A stretch of 64,000 nucleotides of DNA from a virus (lineage: Duplodnaviria; Caudoviricetes): positions 24,566-88,565 of IMG/VR virus record IMGVR_UViG_3300028549_001530; one strand, 5' to 3'. Shown here in pieces: positions 9,160 to 20,874 of the stretch. The position numbers and the translations under genes are program-made. The notes under the pieces were generated by a model. It was given only the letters and a program-made list of their open reading frames with translations, was not told the DNA's origin and searched no databases. Position 1 is the stretch's first letter. Every line of letters begins with the position of its first letter.

Positions 9160-10068
9160 ATGAAAGAGGCACTTTGTATTCGTTCTTTGAAAGAGTTGAG
9201 TGAGTTAGTTAGTGGTGAACGTGAAACCATTGACTCACAAATGGTCGACCGCGCTGTTTGTGAGATTGTGGAAAATGGTTATCTACAAGTTATTCCTTAC
9301 GTTGTTTTCTACACTACAGATATTTCTGAAGGTAAAGTTCGTTTTGTACAATACCTTCGAGCTGCCACAGGTGGTGAAGACCGTCTACTGTCTAAAACTA
9401 GTATTGGGTTTGGTGGTCACATCGATGCATCAGATGAACTCAAATTTGGTAGCTCAACTGACATAGATGGTGTTGTTACTTACTCTATGAGTTTGAACGA
9501 TATTGTGGAAACAACTATCGGTTGCGGTGTTCGTGAAATTATAGAAGAGCTTGGTTCTAATTTATTTGAAACTTTAGGTATTAAGGTTATTGCGCAAAAC
9601 ACTGCTTTCTTTATGGGTAACCCTGAAGAAGAAGTTAATAAAGTTCATCTTGGTTTATTGATTCCAGTTAAACTAACACAAGAACAACTAAACATATTAA
9701 TTAAAGAGGTTGTTATCAATAAGGATGAAATTTCTTCTATTGATGTATTAGGTATCAATATTAACACAATTATTGAAGAAATGGATGTAACAATTACTTT
9801 AAACAAAATTGAAAATGAACTAAGTTATAAACTTAATCTTGAAGACTGGAGCTGCAAAGCTATGAGTTTTATTGTTAAGAAAGAAATCAACTCTTTAATG
9901 AAGAATGTCAGTTATACTGATATCGTTAGTCTCATTCATATGAAAGAAGAAGAAGAAAAGATTAGTGATGTAGTGTACTCAGTAGATCCTGAAACTAAAG
10001 CGGTCACTAAAGTTCAAGAACAGTCTGAGGCTGAAGACTTAGAAGAACAATGTGTAGCTCCGGTTTAA
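9160..10068 (+). CDS. Nudix-family phosphoesterase (COG4112-like)
   Basis: QVIPYVV..YLR..GGEDRL..SIGFGGHID..REIIEELG..VHLG. Confidence 0.75.
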   Translation: MKEALCIRSLKELSELVSGERETIDSQMVDRAVCEIVENGYLQVIPYVVFYTTDISEGKVRFVQYLRAATGGEDRLLSKTSIGFGGHIDASDELKFGSSTDIDGVVTYSMSLNDIVETTIGCGVREIIEELGSNLFETLGIKVIAQNTAFFMGNPEEEVNKVHLGLLIPVKLTQEQLNILIKEVVINKDEISSIDVLGININTIIEEMDVTITLNKIENELSYKLNLEDWSCKAMSFIVKKEINSLMKNVSYTDIVSLIHMKEEEEKISDVVYSVDPETKAVTKVQEQSEAEDLEEQCVAPV

Positions 10069-10080
10069 AAATAAATAAAT

Positions 10081-10114
10081 AAACCCTCTCTGGACTAAAA
10101 TCCAGAGAGGGTTT
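10081..10114. terminator. Bidirectional terminator-like hairpin between convergent genes
   Basis: aaaccctctctgga-ctaaaa-tccagagagggttt. Confidence 0.7.
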
Positions 10115-10206
10115 AAAACGTCTTTTAAGCCATTCTTTTCTTTTTGTGTGTAAGTTTGTTGCCTGCTATTTTTAAAAGGTACCTAGAGCATTTTAAGAGC
10201 TTTTGG

Positions 10207-12366
10207 CTACCTATTTGTGACGTCCTGGATAGCTGCTTGATTGTTACCTAATATATTTTGTAGTAGTCCGCTAAACGGAACTTTATTAACAGTAAAAGCA
10301 GCAAACGCAGCTGGGTCTGGATTAGCAATTGCTTTTAATGCCATATATCTTTCTGCTAATTTTAATCTCATCATAGGAACTCTATAAATCATTGTATACA
10401 CATCAACAGCCATAACACTGTTTAAATAAGAAATAAAAGGTGTATCTGCAAATTTTGGACTTATTTGTGCAGCTATATTGGAAATAATACCGCTGCTTGC
10501 TATATCCACAGAAATAACTTCATCCATATTAGCTATAGATAAATCTATATCAATAGCGTTAGGATGACCACTCTTACTAAAACCTAGATTAGAAGTACCT
10601 CTTGTAATAGAGACAGTCTCTATCATACCTAGTTGAATATTAGATCTACCTCTATCAAACAACTGACACATAAAAGGAGATGTGTAAGAAGAATTACCTG
10701 TTGACCTAGGTAAACTTCCAGCTAATATCATAGATAAAGGTAAATAGATATTAAAAAGTTGCGAATAAGCATTACCATATGGAGATATTAACTTTATTTT
10801 ATAACTAGATCTTGGCAGTGACGCTGAGCTAGATTCCCATATTTTTGGCATAGATACATTAACACCATAAGCTAAAGCTAATAACGGATTAGCTAAACCA
10901 AAAGTAGATTTACTTAAGATAGTCGCTCCTGTGTCTGCAGCTAACTTTAAAGCATCCCCGATAACAGGAATACTTGCAACTGATTCAAGCATATTACCTA
11001 TGTTTCTGGACTTAGCACTTAACGAATTAAAGGTAGATTCAATAGGATTGCTTCCAGATGAACTAGAAAAAGATTCCCCCACAGACCCAGTTGAGTCAAC
11101 ATTAAAAACAGCAAAAGCAGCACCTTCTGATAGTTCTGCTAATAAGTATTCTTTATACTTATCAAAAGTTGGTTTCTTTTTCTTAGCGTTGTCTTCTAAA
11201 AATTGATCTACTTTAATATCAGATGTTGGGTCTAGTGTAAGTATTTCACCATTCTCATCAGTATATAAAGGATCATAAGCAACTACAGATTTTTGTGTTC
11301 CTTCTTTGCTATCTAAATTCTTCTGCTCGGTCTTATCATCCTTAATTAATAAATTGTAAGCTTTATCAAATAAGTTTTTTGTAAAAAAACTAGCTCTACC
11401 TTCCCTATTAGTAAAATAAGTATCATGTACACCAGCTTCATTTATAGGATAACCTGAAAAGTCTTTATTAGTCATTTCATCAGAGACTTTAGCATTAGCG
11501 TTTTTATCGTAGTCAGCTTTTTGCATTTTATTAAAAGCAGATTGTGATTTTAATGCTAAAGCAAACACACTTATTCTACCAGTTTTTGCGTCTATAACAT
11601 CTGGTAATAATGTGTTAAGTTCTGATATATAAGTAGATGTAGGTTTTTGTGTCTCACCTATTTTGTTATCTAGTTTAAAAGTAAAGTCTTGAAATACACC
11701 TGGAAGCATTGTTCTTCTTGCTACCATGTTGTTTAACATGTTCTCTACAGTTGACCAGTAGATATACATAGTAGGTTTAACAGAATAGAAACGACTACTC
11801 TCACTTAAAGCTGTTGCTACAAACATACCTAAAGCTAATAATTGAGCAGCAGCAACAGCAAAAAAGGTAGAAATAACTCCAACAGCTTCTAAGAATGTTG
11901 TTGTTATAACACCTCTATTTTGTAATATAGTCTTATCGATGTCAAAAGACTTTGTTATCCATAAAAGTAAAGGCATAAACTTAGGTACACCAAACCTTAA
12001 ATAGATTCTTTGTTCATTGTCGTCTATAGCTTCAGAGTAGTATCTACCCATACCTAGACCATTAGGATCACCTTTTCCACTCAAACTTACATCAGGTCTA
12101 CCAGGGAGTTTACCCTTACTTCTTATATCAGCATACCTCGTAAACTGTGGTTTAGGGTTTACAGCTATATTCATACCTGGTGTTGTAGATGTAAACTTAT
12201 AGTCAGCTGAAGAATGATACCTATTCTTTCTAATCCATTTTTTATACTCTGTACCTTGTACAATATCTTTATCAGCTATAATGAAAGTAGATTTAACCCA
12301 TTCTCTATCATAAACACCATCAGTAGCATTCCTTGTTTGATCTGTTTTAACTGATACATCCACCAT
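10207..12366 (-). CDS. Conserved phiKZ-like virion structural protein
   Basis: Long ORF, probable ATG at 12366 (MVDVSVK). Contains RIYLRFGVP and P.IW.SS....P..SY.I.L..PYG segments seen in phiKZ-like tail/baseplate proteins. Confidence 0.55.
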   Translation of the reverse strand: MVDVSVKTDQTRNATDGVYDREWVKSTFIIADKDIVQGTEYKKWIRKNRYHSSADYKFTSTTPGMNIAVNPKPQFTRYADIRSKGKLPGRPDVSLSGKGDPNGLGMGRYYSEAIDDNEQRIYLRFGVPKFMPLLLWITKSFDIDKTILQNRGVITTTFLEAVGVISTFFAVAAAQLLALGMFVATALSESSRFYSVKPTMYIYWSTVENMLNNMVARRTMLPGVFQDFTFKLDNKIGETQKPTSTYISELNTLLPDVIDAKTGRISVFALALKSQSAFNKMQKADYDKNANAKVSDEMTNKDFSGYPINEAGVHDTYFTNREGRASFFTKNLFDKAYNLLIKDDKTEQKNLDSKEGTQKSVVAYDPLYTDENGEILTLDPTSDIKVDQFLEDNAKKKKPTFDKYKEYLLAELSEGAAFAVFNVDSTGSVGESFSSSSGSNPIESTFNSLSAKSRNIGNMLESVASIPVIGDALKLAADTGATILSKSTFGLANPLLALAYGVNVSMPKIWESSSASLPRSSYKIKLISPYGNAYSQLFNIYLPLSMILAGSLPRSTGNSSYTSPFMCQLFDRGRSNIQLGMIETVSITRGTSNLGFSKSGHPNAIDIDLSIANMDEVISVDIASSGIISNIAAQISPKFADTPFISYLNSVMAVDVYTMIYRVPMMRLKLAERYMALKAIANPDPAAFAAFTVNKVPFSGLLQNILGNNQAAIQDVTNR

Positions 12367-12754
12367 AATCTTTCCTTTTAACTTTAACCTGTTTCTAAAA
12401 ACACTCAAAGCATCTACACTTGAATGAAAAAGCATTCAAGTGTAGAGTAGGCTTTCTGTATACTTTCTTTCACATTCCACTAAATATCTCAATCTCGTTT
12501 TTCTCACCACTATTAACTTTTTTACTATTATATATCTTTTGGAAAAACTGCCAATTTTTCCCCAGGCAATCCCTCTATCCCTATATTAACCTAAACCATA
12601 ACACCACTACTAAAAAGAAAAAGAAACAAACACAACCTAAAGAAAAGAAAACAATACATTAAACAAGTAAGAACACAACCACCATAAGCCCTGGTGGGGG
12701 ATAGATAGATAGATAGTTCACAAGATTAATGTATATTAAAAAAGTTAATAAAAC

Positions 12755-12794
12755 AAATCCAATAACCTACAGCTAATAGTAGGTTATTGGATTT
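12755..12794. terminator. Hairpin upstream of nrdJ
   Basis: aaatccaataacctac-agctaata-gtaggttattggattt. Confidence 0.55.
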
Positions 12795-12854
12795 TAATTT
12801 TTAGGCAAATGTTTTGCGAGTAAATAGTAACTTTTAAATAGGACACTTTAAAGC

Positions 12855-15800
12855 ATGGAACCACAAGGCATTACAACAGACGTACTTTTAGAAAAATATG
12901 CTAAAGGTAATGAACAAACAGAAGATGAGATTTTTAAGCGAGTCGCTAAAGGTATTGCTCAAGCTGAGAGTGACGTTTACAAAGAGTATGAATTTCTATT
13001 AGATGATGTTATTGTTAGAAAGAATGTATCAAATAAAGATTATTGGGAAAGTAAGTTTTACGAGAATATGAAAGCTGGTGCTGTTGGCGCTGGTCGTATC
13101 ATGTCAGCAGCTGGCACAAATGTTGATGCTACACTTATCAACTGTTTTACTCAACCTGTAGGTGACTCCATCACCTTTGATGATAAAGATGGACATATTA
13201 GTATTTATGGTGCTTTGGCTGAGTCAGCTGAAACTCTACGTAGGGGTGGGGGTGTCGGTTATGACTTCTCTTACATTAGACCTAAAGGTGCTAAGGTAGG
13301 TAAAGTGGGAGCTATGGCTTCAGGACCTTGTAGCTACATGAATATCTTTAATGCCAGTTGTGAAACTATTGAATCAGCTGGTTGTTTTACAGGTGATACT
13401 CTTATCAACACGACAGATGGTCTCTTAAGAATTAAAGACATAGTTGAATCCGATAAAGACTATCAAGCCATTACACATCTTGGTCCTAAGAAAATTACAG
13501 CTAAGTTTAATAATGGTTTTAAAACTATATGGAAAATAGTTACTAAATATGGGTTTAGTGTTAAAGTTACACCTAATCACAAGTTTGCACAATTTGAAAA
13601 TGGTAAAATAGTAACAAAAGAACTTTGTGAGATAATTAAAACAGACAATAATTCACTACTAATTTCTGTACCTTTAAATGAAAAATTAGTACCTAAGCAA
13701 ACAGAAGAAGAAATGTTTGCTTATGTAATCGGAGCTTTTCATGGTAATGGTAGTTGGATAAAAAATGAAAAAGGTTTAATTAAAGGTATTACAATTAGTA
13801 ATAACGTAACTAAATTCAACATAGTAGAAGATATAGCTTTTAAAATGGCAGGGCTTGGGTTTAAAGGGACTCTGACTAAAGTGCCTAATGAAAATACAAT
13901 AACACTTGATTGGTATGATTCAGATTTTTTTAGAAAATTAGAAACATATGGTGTAACTAAAGGAGATATGTCTATTCCTTTTTTTATTTTGGAAGGTTCT
14001 AAAGAAATAAGAGCAGCTTATTTAGCTGGTTTATTTGATGCAGATGGTTATTTTTCTGAGGGTAAAAGTAATATTAGGTTACGTTTAATTACGTATAAAT
14101 TGTTACAAGAAGTACAAACAATGTTGACAAGTCTTGGGGTCATGACTAAATTGTTTTTAGAAAGAGAAACTATAAACAATTGGCAAACATTATATGCACT
14201 CAATATCTATGGAAAATATGCTCAAGATGCATTTTTAAGAACTGTTGGTATGTTTACCACACAAACTCTTTTAAATGTAGCTAGTAAAGATGGTGTAGGT
14301 TATTCTCATAAATGGAAAGACATAAAAGAATTTGGTATTTCTAAATCTACATTCTCTAGATATTGGCCAGGTAACGAACTACGGAATCCAAATATTTCAA
14401 TGAATGCTATAATTAATTCTGGAGTAACCATTCCTGAGTTAGTAAACACCGTGTCTGATACTATCTTATATATTAAAGAATTACCAGAAGAAGAGACATA
14501 CGATCTAGAAGTAGAAGATGTTCATCTTTTAAGTGGTAATGGTATATATACAAGTAATTCTCGTCGCGGAGCTCAATTGGGTGCTTTGTCTATTACACAC
14601 CCAGACATTGAAGAATTCATTACAGCTAAACGCACACCCGGTAGGTGGAACAACTTTAATGTGTCTGTTTTTGTCACAGATGAATTCATGCTCGCTAAAG
14701 ATCAAGACTTAGAGTTGGAACTTACTCATAAAGCTGAGCCAGGAAAATCTTTAGTTGATCAAGGAGCATATAAACGCTCTGATGGTTTATGGGTCTATAA
14801 AAGAGTAAAAGCTAAGTATCTCTGGGATATCATCATGAAGTCAACTTATGACTTTGCTGAGCCTGGTATTTTATTTGCTGACAATATTAACAACGATAAC
14901 AACCTTAGGTATTGTGAATATATTAGGACAACCAATCCGTAAAATCCATGCGGCTATATTGAACAATCAATATAGAAAATCTAATCTGATTGACTTGGAA
15001 ATCCTGAAGAGGATGACAGGGCGGAACTTTTAACTAAGACCGTGAACGACTAAGTGATTAGACATCCTGTAATAAGGATGGTGCGATAGTCTGAACTCTT
15101 GTATAACAAAAGAAGCAAGAGAGGAGATATGAAGAGATCTCCCGCCATTAAATATTTAATGGTCATAAAAGTAACAGATTTGGTGGTGAGCAGCCTTTAC
15201 CTGATTACGGGTGCTGTGATTTAGGTCCTATTATTTTACCTAAGTATGTAACAAATCCTTTTAAGAGTAACGCACAATTTCAATTTGATAAATTTAAAGA
15301 GTCAGTCAGTACTCATGTTAGATTTTTAGATAATGTGTTAGATGTAACTCTATGGCCTTTAGAGAAACAAAGACAAGAGTCTGCTAGTAAAAGACGCATT
15401 GGTGTGGGTTTTACTGGTTTAGCTAATATGTTGTCTATGATGGGTTACGCTTACAACACACAAGAAGCTTTGTTGTTTACAGAAGCTCTTATGAGAACTA
15501 TGAGAGATACCGCTTACAGGGCTTCTGTTGAATTAGCTAAAGAAAAAGGACCTTTTCCTTTACTTGATGTTGATAAGTATTTAGAAGAAGGAACTTTTGC
15601 ATCAAGACTACCTGAAGATATTAAAGCAGATATCCGAACCTATGGTATTCGTAACTCTCATATTCTCTCAATAGCCCCAGTAGGTTGCGTCACACCAGAC
15701 ACTTTGGTAATTACAGAAAATGGTTTACATGAAATATCTGAAATGGGAAAGAATAATAAAGATCAGTGGCAAGATATAAACATCCAGGTCATGACGGACG

Positions 15801-18800
15801 AAGGTTTTAAAACCTCTGATAAGTTTTTTAACAACGGTGTTAAACCAGTTAAAAGAATAACAGATAACTATGGTTATAATATAACTGCTACAGACAACCA
15901 TCAATTAAGAGTCATCACAGAAACAGGTGACTATATTTGGAAAAGGTTGGATCAATTAAAAATTGGTGATATATTGGTTAAATGTGTTAACACATATCCT
16001 AACATTAACACATTACCTATTCCGAATAATGAAACTAATGTAAATCATAAATCTATTAACAAGCTGAAAGAAAATATTGTTTATACTAAAGGGATAGCTG
16101 AACTTGTTGGATTTTTAATGTCTAACGGAAATGTTAAAACAGAAAGACATATTAGACTTTATCACCACATCGATTACGCAGAAAAAACATTTAGTAAAAT
16201 TATTAAAACCTTAGAAGAAGATTTAGGTATAGTAAATTCTAAAATTTTTGTATCAGCTAGAGTTAATAATCCTAATTTAGCTGAATTAAATATATATTCT
16301 AAAGAGTTAGTTACATGGTTAACTATAAACGACTCCATTAAAAAAGGTGCTTCTTACTTAAAAATACCAAAATGGGTATTAAATAGCAGCAGGGAAATTG
16401 TATATTCGTTTTTACGTGGGTTATATGAGGGTGATGGTTCTGGTGGTTTAACTAGTGTAACATACACTTCTATAGATAAACTTTTTATTAATAAATTACA
16501 ACAGGTTTTAGCTTCTATCGGCATTGTAACTAGAAAAGACATTTCAGGATATGGAGGAGCTGTTGGGAGATTTGGAAACAACGACGTTTACAGATTATCG
16601 ATAGGTAACAGAAAAGATAAATTTAAATACTATAAAAATATTGGTTTTATGTCAGATAAGGGTAGTCAAATTTTAGTTAACTACAATGAAGAATTAGATT
16701 ACAGAACTTATTATCAGTCAGTGCGAAAAACCCTAACTAAAGCTTTTGGTTGTATAGATTATAAAAACAAAGTTTATACTAAATTAAAAGAATTAGGTGT
16801 AACAGAAGAAATAATGTTTACAGAAATTATTAACATTGAGGATTTAGAACCAACATTAACTGTAGATATTTCTGTTCCTGACAATGTTACTTATATTGCT
16901 AACAGTTTTGTTAGCCATAACACTATTTCTTTAGCTTTTGCTGACAATGCAAGTAATGGCATTGAGCCACCGTTTAGTCTTGCTTATACACGTAAAAAAC
17001 GTATGCAAGATGGTACTAAACAAGAGTATGCTGTTATTGACCACTCTCTAAGAGTTTACTTAAACACACTAGAGAAAGACTACTCTGATAAACTCTTAAA
17101 TGCTATTGTTAATTATAAGACTACATTTGAACATAATGGTAAGAGTCTCTCTGTTAAAGAAGCAATTCCTAAGAGTATTGTGACCGCTTTAGAGTTAACT
17201 CCTAGTGAACACATTGCGATGATGAAAGTGGTACAGCCCTATATAGATTCATCGCTAAGTAAATGTGTAGCAAAAGGAACACCTATTATCACTAATAAAG
17301 GTATATTACCTATTGAAAGTTTAGGTTATGCTAATATTCCCGATAAGTTTGATAAACCATTAAATGATCTATTAGTACTTTGTCCAGATGGTGAATGGCG
17401 TGAAGTTACTTCTCACTATTACGGTGGATTTAAACCTACAATAACTATTAGTTTAAATAACGGTCAGACTATAGAAGCATCTGAAACACACATGCTAATG
17501 ACAGATAAAGGTTGGGTTAAAATGCCTGATCTTAGTGTGGGTGACTGTATAAAAGTAAGACGAGAAGTTAAAGTTAATTACAAGGGTGGTGCTTTGTTAC
17601 CAACTATTGATTTTTATTGTAATAGCAAAGATTACAATATACCTACACACATGACTCCATCTTTAGCTTTATTTTTAGGAATGATGGCAGCAGACGGTCA
17701 TCTAGAACTAAATACAGGTATGGTAAATATAACTAAAAATGAACCTTTAGTTGGTGTTTTATTTAACAATCTTTCTGTAGAGTTGTTTAACGCTAAAGAT
17801 GTTAAACATTTAGTAGATCCAAGAAACGGTGTTAATTCGTGGTATTTTACATCAAGGTCAGTCTGTAGATGGCTTACAAATCTTATCGGATATAGAGCTG
17901 GTGATAAACATGTACCAACTGAAATTTTATCAGGTTCTTATGATGAAATGAGAATGTTTTTATCGGGACTTAGTTTAGACGGCTATAGAGCAAGACCGGA
18001 TAAAGGTACAGATGCTACATACATTTATTTTGGTAAATCTAAACAGTTAGCTTTAGGTGGTTTTAGTTTACTTAAAGCTATTGGATATAATCCAAGACTT
18101 ACTAGTAAAAAAGTTATTGGATATGACTATATAGCTCACGGAGTTTCTGCTAAAGGTGTTGATTTTTGTATAGAGCAAAGAAAAAACACTGAAGATAGTT
18201 TAGCTGTTGAGTTTATTAAAATACCTGAAGAAGTTTTAAATGGAAAACTTCTATGTAAAGATCCTAATTATTCTACTCATAGAAATTGGCGGCAAAGAAA
18301 TAATACAATATGTAAAGAAAGTCACTACATAAATAATTTTAATAATTATTATGATAAAAATTTTATATACTATAAAATAACAGAAATCACTAATACGGCT
18401 AATGAAATTTATGATATAGAGGTTAAAGATAGTCATGACTATCTTATTGATGGTGTTGTGTCACATAACACTGTTAATATACCAGCAGATTATCCTTTTG
18501 ATGACTTTAAAACAGTATATGATCAAGCGTGGGTAGGTAAACTCAAAGGTGTAGCTACCTATAGACCTAACGATACACTAGGCTCAGTTTTAAGTGTAGG
18601 TGTAGAAGTTAAAGAAGAAGTTAAAGTAAAGGTAGAAACTGATACCACTACTACGACAGTAACTACTATCGTTAAAGAAGAAGATCCTTTCAATACTTTT
18701 ATTATTAAAAGACCAAATGGTACTTTAAGTTCTAGAACTAAGAAGGTTGAATACCTCTCGTCTTCTTTTGTTAAGGATGATTTCTACGTAGGTGTGTCTT

Positions 18801-19279
18801 TTCTAAATGATATTAAGAGACCTATTGAAGTATTCTTTACAGTGTGTCCAGATGGTGTATCACAAGAATGGTTAGACTCATACGCTATTAACTTATCGCT
18901 ACTTGCTCGGGGTGGATTAGATCTTTTCTGTAAAGCTTTAAGAGCTGATCGAAGGATTAAGTCTGACAAAGGGCAAATCCGTTATGGATGGTATACTAAG
19001 TCAGATGGTAGTAAAGTTCCACGTTACCATACCAGTGAGGTAGCTTGTATGGCTTATGCTATTCAAGAGTTACTCGTAGAGGAAAACATTATTACAGAGC
19101 AAGGTTTTCCTATTTATAGTGAAGATGCAAAAGAAGTACATAAATCAACTCAGGTAAGTACAATTCAATCAGGGTTTATTCCTGGTAAACTATGCACAGA
19201 GTGTGGTGCTAACGCGGTAATAAAAAAAGATGGATGTACATACTGTACTAATTGTCATGCTCTGGGAGAGTGTGGTTAA
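12855..19279 (+). CDS. nrdJ: Class II (B12-dependent) ribonucleotide reductase, two exons (12855-14940, 15183-19279), three inteins; about 854 aa mature
   Basis: AGRIM..INCF; RRGGGVG; splicing restores TNP-C-GEQPLPDYGCCDLG; intein removal restores APVG-TIS and SK-TVN; C-terminal TSCPD-like domain and Zn ribbon CTECG..DGC.YC.NC. Confidence 0.93.
13383..14558 (+). mobile_element. Intein 1 in NrdJ (392 aa, LAGLIDADG-type)
   Basis: AG|CFTGDTLI...YLAGLFDADG...GIYTSN|SRRGAQ. Penultimate residue is Ser rather than His. Confidence 0.92.
14941..15182 (+). mobile_element. Group I intron (242 nt, no ORF) in the catalytic Cys codon of nrdJ
   Basis: The 5' exon ends in U (CCG T) and the intron ends in G. 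Joining gives TGT GGT GAG (CGE). Core-like segments gtgaacgactaag and gatagtctg are present. Confidence 0.9.
15686..16921 (+). mobile_element. Intein 2 in NrdJ (412 aa)
   Basis: APVG|CVTPDTLV...FLRGLYEGDG...FVSHN|TIS. Confidence 0.93.
17264..18469 (+). mobile_element. Intein 3 in NrdJ (402 aa)
   Basis: SSLSK|CVAKGTPI...FLGMMAADG...VVSHN|TVNIP. Confidence 0.93.
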
Positions 19280-19339
19280 TTAACATAAGAACCACAACAA
19301 CCTATTAATACTAGGTTGTTGTGGAAATTCTTTTAATCA

Positions 19340-19357
19340 CATATATAGTTATTGTAA
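19340..19357 (+). promoter_or_regulatory. Putative phage early promoter
   Basis: catatatagttattgtaa. Confidence 0.65.
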
Positions 19358-19421
19358 ACAATCACTGTTTGTATTACATCTGTTGTAGGTGTAAGCAGTT
19401 GTTGTTAATTAGGAGTTTAGT

Positions 19422-19787
19422 ATGAATACGAATAAAAATGATAATAAAAATTTCTCTAATCAAGATTATTTCCTTAAGGAGTCTAATCTAAATTTAAGCT
19501 TTCCTAAAAAAGAAGAAATATCGGAATTTAAAAATAAAATTTTAAATAAAAATCAAAACACTGAATTAAACAAAAGAATACATGTGATAACAACACGTGT
19601 GACAAGTAATAATTTAAGTGGATATTTGTTGTTAGCTGACGACATACAAGAAAAAGAAAAAAAGGATAAAACAGTCATTGCTTTTGTTATTATGGTTCTT
19701 GTTGCTATATTTATACCGCTTCTACCTTTAGTGGTTGAAGTCTTTAAAGACTTAGATTTTTGGTATAATTTCATCCTCATTAATTAA
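19422..19787 (+). CDS. Hypothetical membrane protein
   Basis: AGGAG RBS and a C-terminal TM segment (VIAFVIMVLVAIFIPLLPLVV). Confidence 0.65.
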   Translation: MNTNKNDNKNFSNQDYFLKESNLNLSFPKKEEISEFKNKILNKNQNTELNKRIHVITTRVTSNNLSGYLLLADDIQEKEKKDKTVIAFVIMVLVAIFIPLLPLVVEVFKDLDFWYNFILIN

Positions 19788-19799
19788 AAAGGATTAAGT

Positions 19800-19991
19800 A
19801 TGAGTAATGGTGGAAAGGGTAGTAAGTCAAGACCACTAAGCGTGAGTCGTGAAGAGTATAAGTCTAATTGGGATAGAATCTTCTCTAAGAAAGAAGAAGA
19901 ACCACAAGAGCTTGAACTTAAAGTTTTAACAACAGAGCAATTGTCTGAACTTAACAGAAGTTATCAAAACAAGAGGTTAAAATGTTTATAA
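19800..19991 (+). CDS. Small hypothetical protein (GGKGS.PRP..V....Y..NWDRIF family)
   Basis: Recognisable short phage motif in a 63-aa ORF. Confidence 0.65.
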   Translation: MSNGGKGSKSRPLSVSREEYKSNWDRIFSKKEEEPQELELKVLTTEQLSELNRSYQNKRLKCL

Positions 19992-20191
19992 CTAAAAAAG
20001 CATTAGAGTTAACAAAGTCATTAGATGACTCTATGAATAGCGACAATATAAAAAGATATATTATCGCGTTAGAAAATGCTCTTTTAGAAGTAATTTCTAG
20101 CGAAGAAAATGAATTAAGATATGGTGGACAAGTTTACACCAACGCAGAGTCATATCGTAAAATTATGGAGTTAGGACCTAAAACAGATTAA
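19982..20191 (+). CDS. Hypothetical protein
   Basis: 69-aa ORF overlapping the upstream stop codon. Confidence 0.5.
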   Translation: MFITKKALELTKSLDDSMNSDNIKRYIIALENALLEVISSEENELRYGGQVYTNAESYRKIMELGPKTD

Positions 20192-20212
20192 ACTTAAAAG
20201 GAGAATAAAGTC

Positions 20213-20512
20213 ATGCAAAAGCCACTAGGAGCCGGTGATATTTGTATTGTAATTGAAGGATTAGGTGGTAAATCTAGTCCTAACATTGGTAAACTTGTCA
20301 CTATAGATAAGAGAGTTTATGGTGAATTTGGGATGGACCATCGTAAATATGGTGCTATATTTTCTTGTATCGGTAAAGACTTAAGTGTGCTGAAAGATAA
20401 CGGAACGTATGAGCTTACATCTAAATGCGATATCCCAGGTATCTGGCTTAAACGCATAGATCCAAAAGAGCTTTCTAAAGAGACGACTAAAATCTTAGAA
20501 GTTCAAGAATAG
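20213..20512 (+). CDS. Hypothetical protein
   Basis: 99 aa, AAGGAG RBS. Confidence 0.65.
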   Translation: MQKPLGAGDICIVIEGLGGKSSPNIGKLVTIDKRVYGEFGMDHRKYGAIFSCIGKDLSVLKDNGTYELTSKCDIPGIWLKRIDPKELSKETTKILEVQE

Positions 20513-20597
20513 TTTTTTTACTATAAATGCCATTAGGTGAGTGAAAGATATACTTGCCTAATGGTTTTTAAATATATTCACTATAAAGGAGTTTCTA

Positions 20598-20825
20598 ATG
20601 AATAACGATGTATTTGAACCAACTAATGCAGAGATATCTGTAGAGTGTGCTAGAGATGTCGAATATCTTCGCACTCGTCAGCGTCATACACAGAAACTTG
20701 AAGACGAACTCATTGCACTTCATAAAGCAGGTAAACCACCTAACATGAATGAATATGGATGTACTAAAGAAACAGGTGAAGCACTAATGAAAGAAGCAAT
20801 TAGTCTTTTAAATAAAAAGCATTAA
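20598..20825 (+). CDS. Hypothetical protein
   Basis: 75 aa, AAGGAG RBS. Confidence 0.6.
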   Translation: MNNDVFEPTNAEISVECARDVEYLRTRQRHTQKLEDELIALHKAGKPPNMNEYGCTKETGEALMKEAISLLNKKH

Positions 20826-20874
20826 TTGACAAAGTGAAGTAAGTTTTAGGCTTTAACTAACAAGGGGGTAATTC

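Noticed and set aside
12420-12662. 80-aa ORF
   Set aside because: Low-complexity, no RBS, and it overlaps the skewed intergenic tract.
15335-15337. Independent start of a 1314-aa gene
   Set aside because: The frame is open from 15183 and is exon 2 of nrdJ.
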